The notes under the pieces are model-generated. The model was not told where the DNA came from. It did not search any database and was given only the letters and a program-made list of their open reading frames with translations. A stretch of DNA of 64,000 bases from Fimbriimonadales bacterium (GTDB taxonomy: Bacteria > Armatimonadota > Fimbriimonadia > Fimbriimonadales > JABRVX01): NCBI GenBank assembly GCA_045862955.1, contig BTVI01000016.1, positions 11,433 to 75,432 of the forward strand. The letters are read 5' to 3'. Both the position numbers and the translations under genes were made by a program. Numbering within the stretch: position 1 is the stretch's first letter; each line of letters starts with the position of its first letter. Positions 1 to 9,947 of the stretch are shown here, one piece after another.

Positions 1-15
1 CGTTTCGGCGTGTAA

Positions 16-2469
16 GTGTCGGGAATCCCGCAAGGTCTCTCGCCCTCTCCGCCGAAACGACCCTCCGTGACTGAGTGCTACGAGATCGCCGACGTAGTGG
101 TGGACGTCCGGGTGAGGGAGGGGAAGCCGGCCTACTCCTATCGCGTCCCGCCAGGCCTCGATAGCGAAGTCGCTCCAGGAACCCCGGTCGTGGTGAGCTT
201 CCACGGCCGGACCGCCCTCGGTTACGTGGTAGGGCGTCGCACGTGCTCGGTGTCCGAGCTACCGATCCCGCTAGACGCTCTCAAGCCAGTGGTGGGTGTG
301 GCTCGCGGTGCGCGGCTACCGAATGACCTGCTGAGTCTGATTCGACACGCTGCAGACGAGTATGTGGGCCCCCTCTGGCTGGCCGTTCAGACTGCCGTGC
401 CGCGCGCATCGCGCTCACGAGTTCGCCCCTTCTGGCAGGTGGTCCCCGAAGCGAACAGGCCCGATCTACGGGCAGAGGACGAGGCGGTTTTCTGTCGGCT
501 AGAGGAGCGCGGAGGCGAAGAATTGGAGATAAGCCTCGTCCGCTCGCTCGGCGATACCGCACGTGAGGCTCTGGAACGCCTGAGACGGAAAGGCATCGTC
601 CGCAAGGGGTGGGAGTTGGTCGAGCCTCCCCGACCCCGCGCCGTGATCACACACTACGCAGTCGCCCCAGCCGATGCAATCGAGGAGTTCGTCTCGACCT
701 GTACCCGCAGGCCCGCCCAAGCACTCGCTGCCAAAGCACTGATCCCTCACGCCAACGACGTGCTGTCCGTTGCCGAAATAAAGGGCATGGGTCTGCGAAA
801 AGACGTGCTCGACAAGCTAGTAGCCGCCGGCGTAATTGCCCCTGCCGATCCCAAAGCGATCCTGGCGCGATCCGCTGTGTCCGACCGGCGGCTCGTCGGC
901 GCGCAGGCCCATGCGGTGAAAGAGATCGTCGGCGCGCTCGAAGAGGGCCGGACCGAGCGGTTCCTATTACATGGTGTAACCGCCAGCGGCAAGACGGAGG
1001 TGTACCTGCGTGTCATCTCTGCGTGTCTGCGGCTAGGCCGAACTGCGATCCTGTTAGTGCCGGAGATCGCCCTCACGGGTCAGGTGGTGCAGCGCGTGCG
1101 AGCCCGATTCGGCGACTCTATCAGCGTGCTACATAGCGGCATGGAGGGTTCTCAGCGTTTCACGCAGTGGCAGCGAATCGCCAGGGGAGATACCCCTATC
1201 GTCGTAGGTCCGCGTTCGGCTGTGTTCGCACCTCTACCCGGGCTGGGACTGATCGTTATCGACGAAGAGCACGACTCCTCCTACAAGCAGTCGAACTTGC
1301 TTCGCTACGACGGTCGAGGACTGGCAGAGTTTCGAGCGCGCGAGACCGGTGCGGTCGTGGTGCAGGGCTCAGCCACCCCCGCGTTGGAAAGCGTGTACGC
1401 GGCGAGGGCGGGGCAGATGAGGCTCGTCTCAATGCCGGAGCGCGCCAGTGGCTCCGCACTCCCCCCGCTGGAGATCGTGGACCTGAGGGCCGAGGGCAAG
1501 ATGGAGACCGCCTTCAGCAGGCGACTTAGAGAGGCGGTCGAGCAGGCGCTCAGCCGTGGCGAACAGGTAGTGCTGTTCCTCAATCGAAGAGCGTACGCGC
1601 CATTCCTTCTCTGTCGGGAATGCGGTTATGTCCCTCGCTGCGACCGGTGCTCGGTGTCTCTTTCGTTCCACAAGCGCGATGGGCTTCTGAAGTGTCACCA
1701 CTGCGATGCTCGGGCTACACCCACCGACCGGTGCCCGCGCTGCGACTCCACGCGGTACATTCCATACGGTCTCGGTACCCAGCGGGTGGAACAGGACGCG
1801 ATGGCCCTCTTTCCCTCTGCCCGCGTGGGCCGCCTGGACCGCGATGTGAAGGCACAAGAAGAGGTGTTGTCCAGCTTTCGGGGCCGAGACTTGGACATTT
1901 TGGTCGGCACCCAGATGGTGGCCAAGGGCCTCGACTTCCCCGGCGTTTCCTTGGTGGGCATAATGAATGCTGACACGGGCCTGAACATGCCGGACTTCCG
2001 GGCCTCCGAGCGCACCTTCCAACTCCTCGTCCAGGTGGCCGGTCGCGCGGGTCGTGCCGACGTTCCTGGACGGGTTATTGCACAGACGTTCGATCCGGAC
2101 AGGCCCGCCATCCGCTTCGCTCGAACCTACGACTACGAGGGGTTCGTCGAGTACGAGCTGAGGGAGCGCGAAGCTGCGGGGTATCCGCCGTTTCGCAGGC
2201 TGGCCCAAGTGGTGGTTTCTAGCGAGGTTCGGGCGATAGCCATTCACGATGCCGCTGCAGTGGCGCGCGCGATAGCCCCGTTGCCGGGCATCGAGGTGCT
2301 CGGCCCAGCCGAGGCCATCCCCGAACAGGTGATGGGTGTGTACCGACGCCTGATCCTCGCCAAGTTCGCTCCGGATGCGCGGCCTGGGCCCCTCTTGCGA
2401 GCGGCGTTGCGCGGCACCAAGTTCCGAGCTCGCTTGGCGGTAGACGTGGATCCCCAGACCCTGGCCTAA
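16..2469 (+). CDS. priA: Primosomal protein N' (replication restart helicase); true start may be the GTG at 67
   Basis: Walker A GVTASGKT, DEEH box, four CxxC pairs, GTQMVAKGLDFP, QVAGRAGR, C-terminal DVDP. Confidence 0.96.
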   Translation: MSGIPQGLSPSPPKRPSVTECYEIADVVVDVRVREGKPAYSYRVPPGLDSEVAPGTPVVVSFHGRTALGYVVGRRTCSVSELPIPLDALKPVVGVARGARLPNDLLSLIRHAADEYVGPLWLAVQTAVPRASRSRVRPFWQVVPEANRPDLRAEDEAVFCRLEERGGEELEISLVRSLGDTAREALERLRRKGIVRKGWELVEPPRPRAVITHYAVAPADAIEEFVSTCTRRPAQALAAKALIPHANDVLSVAEIKGMGLRKDVLDKLVAAGVIAPADPKAILARSAVSDRRLVGAQAHAVKEIVGALEEGRTERFLLHGVTASGKTEVYLRVISACLRLGRTAILLVPEIALTGQVVQRVRARFGDSISVLHSGMEGSQRFTQWQRIARGDTPIVVGPRSAVFAPLPGLGLIVIDEEHDSSYKQSNLLRYDGRGLAEFRARETGAVVVQGSATPALESVYAARAGQMRLVSMPERASGSALPPLEIVDLRAEGKMETAFSRRLREAVEQALSRGEQVVLFLNRRAYAPFLLCRECGYVPRCDRCSVSLSFHKRDGLLKCHHCDARATPTDRCPRCDSTRYIPYGLGTQRVEQDAMALFPSARVGRLDRDVKAQEEVLSSFRGRDLDILVGTQMVAKGLDFPGVSLVGIMNADTGLNMPDFRASERTFQLLVQVAGRAGRADVPGRVIAQTFDPDRPAIRFARTYDYEGFVEYELREREAAGYPPFRRLAQVVVSSEVRAIAIHDAAAVARAIAPLPGIEVLGPAEAIPEQVMGVYRRLILAKFAPDARPGPLLRAALRGTKFRARLAVDVDPQTLA

Positions 2470-2503
2470 CCATCCACGGCTTCCTCCCGGTACAATCCGC
2501 CTC

Positions 2504-3061
2504 GTGAGCAGTGTTGTCGCAACCGAAGTGGTGATCCCGGAGCACGTCGCCGAGTTCTATGCATCGGCTAACCCAGGCGTGGTCAAGTATCCCGACCCAG
2601 TTCTGCGCGCCGTGGCTGAGCCAGTCAAACGAATCTCGCCCGGCGTGCAAGACCTCATTCGGCGCATGATCACTATCCTCAGGCGGGCAGATGGCCTCGG
2701 TCTGGCTGCTCCGCAGGTCGGCGTAGCCGAGAGGGTCATCCTCGTGGCGCCGATTGGTGAGGACATTCAGGTGTTGATCAACCCGGAAGTCGTCTCGGAG
2801 AGCGGCGCGATCCTCGGCCAGGAAGGATGCCTGAGCATCCCGGGCCTGTACGGCGACGTCCAGCGAGCCGCCGAGGCCGAAGTCCGGGCGCTGAACCGCA
2901 AGGGCAAACAAGTGCACCTCAAGCTGAGCGGTATGCCAGCGCGCATCGCCCTGCACGAGATCGATCATCTGAACGGCATTCTTTTCACGGACCGTGCGGT
3001 CGCCTCCAGCCTCCACTGGCACATCCCCGAAGAGGACGAGGACGAAGAGCCCGAGATATGA
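2504..3061 (+). CDS. def: Peptide deformylase
   Basis: GLGLAAPQVG, EGCLSIPG, HEIDHLNG motifs; upstream of fmt. Confidence 0.97.
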   Translation: MSSVVATEVVIPEHVAEFYASANPGVVKYPDPVLRAVAEPVKRISPGVQDLIRRMITILRRADGLGLAAPQVGVAERVILVAPIGEDIQVLINPEVVSESGAILGQEGCLSIPGLYGDVQRAAEAEVRALNRKGKQVHLKLSGMPARIALHEIDHLNGILFTDRAVASSLHWHIPEEDEDEEPEI

Positions 3062-3990
3062 GGGTTCTGTACTTCGGCACCGCCCCGTTCGCGGTGCCCG
3101 CCCTTCGAGCAATCGCCCACTCGAACCACGAACTGATTGGCGTGGTCAGCCAACCGGACAGCCCCTCGGGCAGGGGCATGCGACTGCGCCCCAGCGCCGT
3201 CACCGAGGCAGCAAGAGACTTGGGAATCGAAGCCTTGCGGCCGGAGAGCTGCCGCTCCGAGCAATTCCTGAGACAGGTGACCGAGCTGCGCCCCGACGTG
3301 CTGGTGGTCGCCGCCTACGGGCAGATCATGCCGCTTTCGCTATTGGAGGCCGCTCCACGCGGCGGCATCAATATTCACGCTTCGCTGTTACCGCGGTGGC
3401 GAGGTGCGGCGCCCATTCAGCGCGCTATCGAGCATGGGGATGCTGTGACCGGAATCACCATCATGCAGATGGACGCCGGGATGGACACGGGAGACATTCT
3501 TCTGCAAGAAGAGACCCCCATCGGCGAGGACGAAAACGCGGGACAGCTCACGGAGCGCCTGGCGGAGATGGGTGCACGACTCATCGTTCGAACCCTCGAT
3601 CTTCTCCCAGATGGACTTGCTCGCAGTCCGCAAGACCCGGCGCTCGCCACCAAGGCTCCCAAAGTGAGGAAGGAGGAAGGGTGCCTGGACTGGGCCATGC
3701 CGGCCCGGAGCCTCCACAATCGGGTCCGCGCATTCACTCCACAGCCGGGCGCTCACACGACTTTTCAGAACAGTAATGTAAAGGTTTGGGCTACCAAGTT
3801 GATCGATTCGCATCCCTCATTCGAGCAGCCAGGGACGGTCGTAGCCGTGGGACCCGACGGAATTACAGTCGCGTGTGGCGAGGGGTGCCTGCTGATCACA
3901 GACCTACAGCCGGAGACGAAGAGGCGGATGAGAGCGGTGGACTTCGCCAACGGTCGCGGTATCCGTCCCGGCGCTCGCTTCGGTACGTAG
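3058..3990 (+). CDS. fmt: Methionyl-tRNA formyltransferase
   Basis: ATG at 3058 overlaps def stop (ATGA); FGTAPFA, NIHASLLPRWRGAAPIQ, MDAGMDTG motifs. Confidence 0.97.
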   Translation: MRVLYFGTAPFAVPALRAIAHSNHELIGVVSQPDSPSGRGMRLRPSAVTEAARDLGIEALRPESCRSEQFLRQVTELRPDVLVVAAYGQIMPLSLLEAAPRGGINIHASLLPRWRGAAPIQRAIEHGDAVTGITIMQMDAGMDTGDILLQEETPIGEDENAGQLTERLAEMGARLIVRTLDLLPDGLARSPQDPALATKAPKVRKEEGCLDWAMPARSLHNRVRAFTPQPGAHTTFQNSNVKVWATKLIDSHPSFEQPGTVVAVGPDGITVACGEGCLLITDLQPETKRRMRAVDFANGRGIRPGARFGT

Positions 3991-4193
3991 CTCGCTTGTA
4001 ACCACCGTGCCCTGGCCCACAGGCGCCTACCGCCAGCCGGGCGACCACTGCCCATCCGAGGGGGCGCAGCGACATGGTACGGACGGGCCGGATATTGCAC
4101 TCATCGCTCCATTCAGCAGGCCTGGGCCGGCAGGAGTGCGGGTATGAAGAGGGAAGTGAGTGTGGCCGGGGCGTGCCCCGGCGAAGGCTGCAA

Positions 4194-5408
4194 ATGAGAA
4201 CTACCAAGACACTGCTTTGGCTCGTGGGGCTGATCGTATTGCTACTCGGCTTCTGGCTTCTCTCGACCTGGGGCAAGGGCCAAGCGCCAATCCTCCCCGC
4301 CGACACCTCTGGATGGCTGGCCTTCGTCTCGGACCGAGACGGCCCGGCCCACATCTGGTTCCTCAAACCCGACGGGACTGAAGTACGCGCCGAGCCCGAC
4401 TCCACCTCGGAAGACCTCGAGCCGACATGGCAGCAGCCTGACGGCAAGACGCTGTTCTTCGTCTCGAACCGTACAGACCGCATCTTCCAAATCTTTCACT
4501 TGAGCCCGCGCGACGGCACGGCAAATCAGCTCACAGTAAGCCACTCCCGAAAGGCGGAACTGGCGTCCGACCCCACCGGTCAGCGCATCCTACACACGGC
4601 GGGTGGAACCGTGTCCGTGCTGTATTTGGGTGAGCGCCACGCGGCGCAGCTGATCCCACCGCCTACCATCAGTCCTGGTGAGCGCAAGGCGCTCATGGAC
4701 GCATGGCAGGCCGAGTTCGGCGCATCATCGTTCAGAAAGGTGACTTGGGGTCGCAGCGCGGGCACTCTCGTCGGCGTGATCAGCGGCGACACCGGCGATG
4801 TGCTCATCGTCCAACAGTACGACCTGCGGATGCGGGAGCAGAAGCCTCCGGTGGTGTGGCTTCGCGCAAAACGGATAGACGTCGCCTATCATCCGACGGA
4901 AGACAAGTTCATCGTCGCCTACGTCGGCGCGCAAGCCAAGGAGCCGGAGGAGGCCGGCCGCTCGTGGGAGGCAGGGGAGACGGTCCAGCCCGAACCCGAA
5001 GGCCCGACCGATGCGATGCTCATCGTCGCCCTCGACAACGCCAAGCTGACCCCCGTACCGGTATTTGCGGACATCGGCGCGAAGTCGGTTCTCATCTCAC
5101 CCTCGTGGTCGCCCGACGGCTCGAGGATCGCCGCAATCATGGCTAGGGTCGAGGGAGAGGACCTCGTGCCGGAATCCTTGGTTGTGCTGCCTGCCAAGGA
5201 GGGTGGCGTCCGGCTTCTCACGGAGGCCGATACGGGCCTGTGCGGGGACCCGCAGTGGTCGCCCGATGGACGCAAGCTCGCTTACACCAAGGGGCCATCT
5301 GGAAAGAGGGACATCTGGCTGTACGAGAGCGATCGCGAGCCGAGGCAGCTCGTTGGTAGCCCTGGTGACGATTTCTGGCCGCGATGGTCGCCCAAGGCGG
5401 GCCGGTAG
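4194..5408 (+). CDS. TolB-like PD40/WD40 beta-propeller protein with N-terminal membrane anchor
   Basis: Hydrophobic N-terminus; repeated AFVSDRDG, PSWSPDG, PQWSPDG, PRWSP motifs. Confidence 0.8.
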   Translation: MRTTKTLLWLVGLIVLLLGFWLLSTWGKGQAPILPADTSGWLAFVSDRDGPAHIWFLKPDGTEVRAEPDSTSEDLEPTWQQPDGKTLFFVSNRTDRIFQIFHLSPRDGTANQLTVSHSRKAELASDPTGQRILHTAGGTVSVLYLGERHAAQLIPPPTISPGERKALMDAWQAEFGASSFRKVTWGRSAGTLVGVISGDTGDVLIVQQYDLRMREQKPPVVWLRAKRIDVAYHPTEDKFIVAYVGAQAKEPEEAGRSWEAGETVQPEPEGPTDAMLIVALDNAKLTPVPVFADIGAKSVLISPSWSPDGSRIAAIMARVEGEDLVPESLVVLPAKEGGVRLLTEADTGLCGDPQWSPDGRKLAYTKGPSGKRDIWLYESDREPRQLVGSPGDDFWPRWSPKAGR

Positions 5409-5418
5409 GGGGATTGAG

Positions 5419-6297
5419 TTGAAGACGATAGGCTTCATCGGACTAGGCGTAATGGGGCGGCCGATGGCCGCCCACGTGCTGCATGCGGGCTACGAGCTGT
5501 GGGTGCACAATCGGAGTCAGCAAGCAGTCGCCGAGTTGGTAGACGAGGGCGCGAAGCGTTCGGACCCGGCGGAGATGGCCGGCCGATGCGATGCCGTGCT
5601 CCTCTGCCTGCCGACGAGCGTGGAAGTCGCTGAGGTCACCGAGCGCCTTCTCGCCTCCGCTCACCCCGGACTGATCGTGTGCGATCACTCCACCATCCAA
5701 CCGCGCGTGGCTAGGCGGCTCTCCCAGCATGCGGCTCGCTTCGGCACCACCTTTCTGGATGCACCCATCACGGGCGGCGAGAAGGGTGCGATCGAAGGCA
5801 CACTAAGCACGATGGTAGGGGGAGACGCGCATGCTCTGGCCAAGGTAGAGCCCGTGCTGAAGACATTCTCGTCCAAGGTTACGCACGTCGGGGAATCGGG
5901 TGCAGGGCAGATGACCAAACTGGCCAACCAGATCGTGTGCGCCGTCACAGTCGCAGCAGTGGCAGAGGGGTTGAGTTTTGCAAAGGTTCAAGGCCTAGAC
6001 TTATACAAAACCTTGGACGTGCTATCGGGTGGCGCGGCGGACTCTTGGACCCTTCGCAACCTCGGACCCAAGATGGTGGGTCACGACTTCCGTCCCGGGT
6101 TCTCGTTGCAGCTGGAGCTCAAGGACCTTAGATACGCCATCGAGTCCGCGGCTGACGGCGGGGCGTTCGCTCCCGCCACCGCTCTAGCCCAACAACTCGT
6201 CGCCGCGCTGGTAGCGCAGGGGAGAGGGCCGGAGGGGATCACGGCCCTGTTCGACCTATACTGCCAACTCAGCGCACCGGAGGCAAGCCGGGAGTGA
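5419..6297 (+). CDS. 3-hydroxyisobutyrate / 2-hydroxy-3-oxopropionate reductase family NAD(P)-dependent oxidoreductase
   Basis: TTG start; IGFIGLGVMG Rossmann motif, DAPITGG, GQMTKLANQ. Confidence 0.88.
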   Translation: MKTIGFIGLGVMGRPMAAHVLHAGYELWVHNRSQQAVAELVDEGAKRSDPAEMAGRCDAVLLCLPTSVEVAEVTERLLASAHPGLIVCDHSTIQPRVARRLSQHAARFGTTFLDAPITGGEKGAIEGTLSTMVGGDAHALAKVEPVLKTFSSKVTHVGESGAGQMTKLANQIVCAVTVAAVAEGLSFAKVQGLDLYKTLDVLSGGAADSWTLRNLGPKMVGHDFRPGFSLQLELKDLRYAIESAADGGAFAPATALAQQLVAALVAQGRGPEGITALFDLYCQLSAPEASRE

Positions 6298-7814
6298 GCC
6301 TCGCGGTGCGCATGTCAGGGATCACGAAGCGGTTCGGCCGGCTTGTCGCGTGCGACAAGGTGGACCTCGAAGTCACGCGGGGAGCAACGCATGCCATCGT
6401 CGGCGAGAACGGTGCGGGCAAGACCACCTTAATGCGCGTCCTATACGGGCTGTACCAACCCGATGAGGGAAGCATCGAGGTCTTGGGAGTGCCAGTGCGC
6501 TTCGGCAGCCCCAGTGAGGCAATTCGTGCCGGGATAGGGATGGTCAGCCAGCACTACAGCATCATTGGCGAGCTGACATGCCTCGACAACCTTATGCTAG
6601 GCGCCGAGCACGCGCACCTCGGCATCCTGAAGCGATCGGAGGCCGTCGAAAGGGCGCAGAGTCTTGCTGCTCGCATGGGCTTTCGCTTCGACTGGCTCGC
6701 CCCCGCCGACACGCTTACTCCCGCAGGCTGCCAGAAACTAGAGATCCTAAAGCTTTTGTGGCGAGAGGCGGAAGTCCTTATCCTCGACGAGCCCACCGCC
6801 ATGCTATCGCCTCCCGACGCACAGGCACTCTTCTCCAGTCTGCGTGATTTGGCAGATGGTGGAAAAACTATCATTCTAGTCACCCACCGCCTGCGCGAAG
6901 TGGTAGACCACTGCGACCGCGTTACCGTACTGCGAGCCGGCCGCAAAGTAGGCGAATCGGATGTCGCTGATACCGACATCGTCCGCCTGTCCAATTGGAT
7001 CGTTGGCGAGGAGATGCGTCTCCGCGCCGACAGCAGCCCTCCCGTCCATGACACGCCAGAACTGCTCAATGTCAGCGACCTGCACGTTCTCGGTGATCGC
7101 CGCAATCGCGCCGTAGCAGGACTGAGTGTGCGCGTCCGTGCGGGAGAGGTAGCAGGCATAGCAGGTGTGGACGGCAATGGCCAAGCCGAGCTGGCCGAAG
7201 CACTAATCGGTGTTAGACCAGTACTAGCAGGCTCTATCCGCCTTCATGGCAGGGATGTCACACGCGAACCACCTGTCCGTCGTCTGCGTCTCGGACTTCG
7301 GTTCATCGCAGCAGACCGCCATAGGCATGGCCTCATCGAAGCGTGGGACGTCCTTAGCAACGCTGTTCTCGGTTTGCAAAGGCTTCCACCCCTAGCACGG
7401 GGGCCTCTCCTGAACGCACGGGAGCAGGTGAACGCCGCGAAGGCACAGGTGGAGCGATTCCGTATCAAAGTGGAGTCGCTACACGCGCCGGTCTCTGATC
7501 TGTCGGGAGGGAATCAGCAGCGCCTCGTGGTTGCGCGTGCGCTGCATCTCGATGCGAAGCTCCTGCTCGCCTTCCAGCCTTCGCGTGGCCTGGACGTCCG
7601 CGGTGCCGCAGCAGTATACGAAGCGATTCGCGGTCAGTGCGGTGCAGGCATGGGTGCGCTCGTCATCTCCTTCGACCTCGATGAACTGATCGAACACTGC
7701 GAGCCCATTTATGTGATGCGTGAAGGCCGACTGGTTGCCGAACTGCGTGGCGCGGAGATCGATAGGGAACGCATCGGACGCCTGATGGTAGGTGTGGAAG
7801 AGGGGGCCGCTTGA
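6294..7814 (+). CDS. Nucleoside/simple-sugar ABC transporter ATP-binding protein (two NBDs)
   Basis: GENGAGKT, ILDEPT, LSGGNQQ; about 500 aa duplicated architecture. Confidence 0.92.
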   Translation: MSLAVRMSGITKRFGRLVACDKVDLEVTRGATHAIVGENGAGKTTLMRVLYGLYQPDEGSIEVLGVPVRFGSPSEAIRAGIGMVSQHYSIIGELTCLDNLMLGAEHAHLGILKRSEAVERAQSLAARMGFRFDWLAPADTLTPAGCQKLEILKLLWREAEVLILDEPTAMLSPPDAQALFSSLRDLADGGKTIILVTHRLREVVDHCDRVTVLRAGRKVGESDVADTDIVRLSNWIVGEEMRLRADSSPPVHDTPELLNVSDLHVLGDRRNRAVAGLSVRVRAGEVAGIAGVDGNGQAELAEALIGVRPVLAGSIRLHGRDVTREPPVRRLRLGLRFIAADRHRHGLIEAWDVLSNAVLGLQRLPPLARGPLLNAREQVNAAKAQVERFRIKVESLHAPVSDLSGGNQQRLVVARALHLDAKLLLAFQPSRGLDVRGAAAVYEAIRGQCGAGMGALVISFDLDELIEHCEPIYVMREGRLVAELRGAEIDRERIGRLMVGVEEGAA

Positions 7815-8815
7815 GGGGTTGGCGTCTCCTCGCGTTGGTGGTAGTCACACTCGGCGCGCTCGCAGCGCTGGTGAGTGTGAGCGGTGTCTCGCCGTGGGAC
7901 GCACTGGTAGCTGGCGTTCAAGGCGCTTTCGGCGACGCACGCGGGCTCTCGGGCACCTTCACCCGAATGACGCCGCTGCTCTTCTCCGGACTGGGAGTCG
8001 CCGTTGCCCTAAGAGCAGGCCTCTTCAACATCGGTGTCGAAGGCCAGCTTCTGGTGGGAGCTCTAGCAGCTGCCGCAACCGGAATCTACCTAACGGGACT
8101 GCCAGCGCCTGTCCATGTCACGTTATCGATTCTCGCAGGTGCGATGGCAGGGATGTTGTGGGCTGCACCAGCCGGTCTAATCAAAGTGTGGCGAGGCGGG
8201 CACGAGGTGATCACCACGATCATGCTCAACTACATCGCCCGAAGCTTCACGAAGTACATGGCGGCCAATCCTATGCAGGACCCCTCATCGGATATGGCTA
8301 CTACAGTATATGTTGCCGATAGCGCGCGCCTGGGTCTCGCAACGGTGTCACCTGCCATCAGTTGGGCCTTGGTGGTAGGGGTTGGCGTCGCAGTGTTTCT
8401 CTTCTGGTGGATGCGTCGGACAGTGGCAGGCTACGAGCTCAATGCCGTGGGTGCCGGTCCGGACGCTGCCCAGGCTGCAGGGGTCGACATCAAGAAAACT
8501 ATGATCTGGGCGATGGCAGCTTCCGGCGCGCTGGCAGGAATCGCGGGTGCCATGCAAGTGTGTGCCTATGAGTTTCGATTCTATGATGGCATCTCACCGG
8601 GCTACGGATTCGATAGCCTCGCAGTGGCACTGATTGCCTTGGCCGACCCTCTTGTCGTGTGTCTCTCGTCGCTTCTATTCGGCGCGCTTGCGCAAGGCGC
8701 CCAGTTCGCACAGATCGCGACGGAAATACCTAAAGAGATTGCCGCCGTGGTGCAAGGCGTTGTTATCTTGCTCGCTGCAGGCATCGGGTGGCAGCGCTTG
8801 CGGAGGACCGACTAA
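7811..8815 (+). CDS. Nucleoside/simple-sugar ABC transporter permease
   Basis: GLFNIGVEGQ and EVITTIMLNY motifs; multiple hydrophobic segments. Confidence 0.9.
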   Translation: MRGWRLLALVVVTLGALAALVSVSGVSPWDALVAGVQGAFGDARGLSGTFTRMTPLLFSGLGVAVALRAGLFNIGVEGQLLVGALAAAATGIYLTGLPAPVHVTLSILAGAMAGMLWAAPAGLIKVWRGGHEVITTIMLNYIARSFTKYMAANPMQDPSSDMATTVYVADSARLGLATVSPAISWALVVGVGVAVFLFWWMRRTVAGYELNAVGAGPDAAQAAGVDIKKTMIWAMAASGALAGIAGAMQVCAYEFRFYDGISPGYGFDSLAVALIALADPLVVCLSSLLFGALAQGAQFAQIATEIPKEIAAVVQGVVILLAAGIGWQRLRRTD

Positions 8816-9675
8816 TGGAGGCACTGATCCGAGCAGTCGTCGAGGCCACTCTTCGCGGAGCGACGCCGCTCACCTTCGCCGCAATGGGTGGTCTGGTATG
8901 CGAGCGCTCGGGGGTTATCAACATCGGGCTCGAAGGTCTGATGCTCTTCGGCGCGTTCTTCGCAGCACTCGGAAGCGACCGGACCGGATCGCCCGTCCTG
9001 GGCCTGCTAGTCGGGGTGCTAGCCGCGGTTGCCCTCTCCTCCCTCCACGCGCTGAACACGCAGCGCCTGCGAATCGACCACGTGGTTAGCGGCGTAGCGG
9101 TCAACGCGATTGCATTCGGTGGCACTGCCTTCCTCATCTTGCCGCTTTTCGGACAACGCGGCAGCACTCCCGAAGTCCCCGCCATTTCTCAGTGGGCGCT
9201 GATACCGGTTGCGCTGGCACTGCCCATCCTCGCTTGGCTGTGGCTGTTCCGGACCCGTGGTGGTCTGCGTGTGCTGGCGGTGGGCAACGATCCCGACAAG
9301 GCGGCCGCCATGGGCCTCCACCCGGTCCGCATTCGCACCGCGGCTGTGCTTGCGAGTGGGGCGTTGGCTGGGCTCGGCGGTGCCTTCCTGTCTCTTGCCT
9401 ACGTCAACCAGTTCTCGGAGGCGGTGACGGCGGGGCGCGGGTTCATCGCCCTGGCCGCCCTCGTGCTTGGGCGCTGGCATCCGCTGGGTGCGTTCGCCGC
9501 CGCCCTCGGCTTCGGGCTATTCGATGCGCTGCAGATGCGAATGCAGGGCGTCCCCGTCCTCGGGTTGACAGCGCCCTCCGAGTTCTGGTCGAGCCTCCCC
9601 TACGCCCTCACCATCGTCGCACTGATTGTGCTCGCCAAGCGAGCCCGTCCCCCGGCTGCACTGGGGAAAACTTAG
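8815..9675 (+). CDS. Nucleoside/simple-sugar ABC transporter permease
   Basis: ERSGVINIGLEG and GRGFIALAA motifs; ATG overlaps the previous stop (TAATG). Confidence 0.9.
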   Translation: MEALIRAVVEATLRGATPLTFAAMGGLVCERSGVINIGLEGLMLFGAFFAALGSDRTGSPVLGLLVGVLAAVALSSLHALNTQRLRIDHVVSGVAVNAIAFGGTAFLILPLFGQRGSTPEVPAISQWALIPVALALPILAWLWLFRTRGGLRVLAVGNDPDKAAAMGLHPVRIRTAAVLASGALAGLGGAFLSLAYVNQFSEAVTAGRGFIALAALVLGRWHPLGAFAAALGFGLFDALQMRMQGVPVLGLTAPSEFWSSLPYALTIVALIVLAKRARPPAALGKT

Positions 9676-9682
9676 TGGGCCT

Positions 9683-9733
9683 AAGCAATCCTGTTAGATT
9701 GCTTGTTGACTCGTGCAGCGTTCCCGGTATAAT
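9683..9733 (+). promoter_or_regulatory. Sigma-70-type promoter with adjacent palindromic operator
   Basis: TTGACT (9706-9711), 16 nt, TATAAT (9728-9733); AAGCAATC-N6-GATTGCTT perfect inverted repeat at 9683-9704. Confidence 0.65.
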
Positions 9734-9754
9734 GTGCACCAGTCTGTTTGCTTT

Positions 9755-9947
9755 GGGCCCGAGCGGGGGCCCTTGTTCCGCGCGGCGCCTCGATAGAGCG
9801 ACGAAGAGGGCGCGTCGAAGCGGGGAGTGCATCGGCAGGAAGCCGAAATACATGATGAGCCCGCAAGGCGGGTGATCTCGTATCCGTAATCTAGGCTTAC
9901 GGGGAGACATGGATGCAATCCGCACGACGATGTCCTGTGGCGCAAGG
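9755..9947 (+). ncRNA. Candidate structured RNA or cis-regulatory leader of unknown family
   Basis: Nested complementary segments read by eye (see findings), directly downstream of a strong promoter, no credible ORF. Confidence 0.4.

Noticed and set aside
9842..9875. Hammerhead ribozyme or c-di-GMP-II riboswitch (GAAA, TGATGA)
   Set aside because: Core elements are in the wrong order or incomplete: no CUGAUGA-stem-GAAA arrangement and no matching pseudoknot pair.
9818..9923. Large SRP RNA (AAGCGGGGAG and TGCAATCCGC recall the Bacillus Alu domain)
   Set aside because: The two segments are too far apart and no S-domain CAGG..GGAA..AGCAG motif follows.
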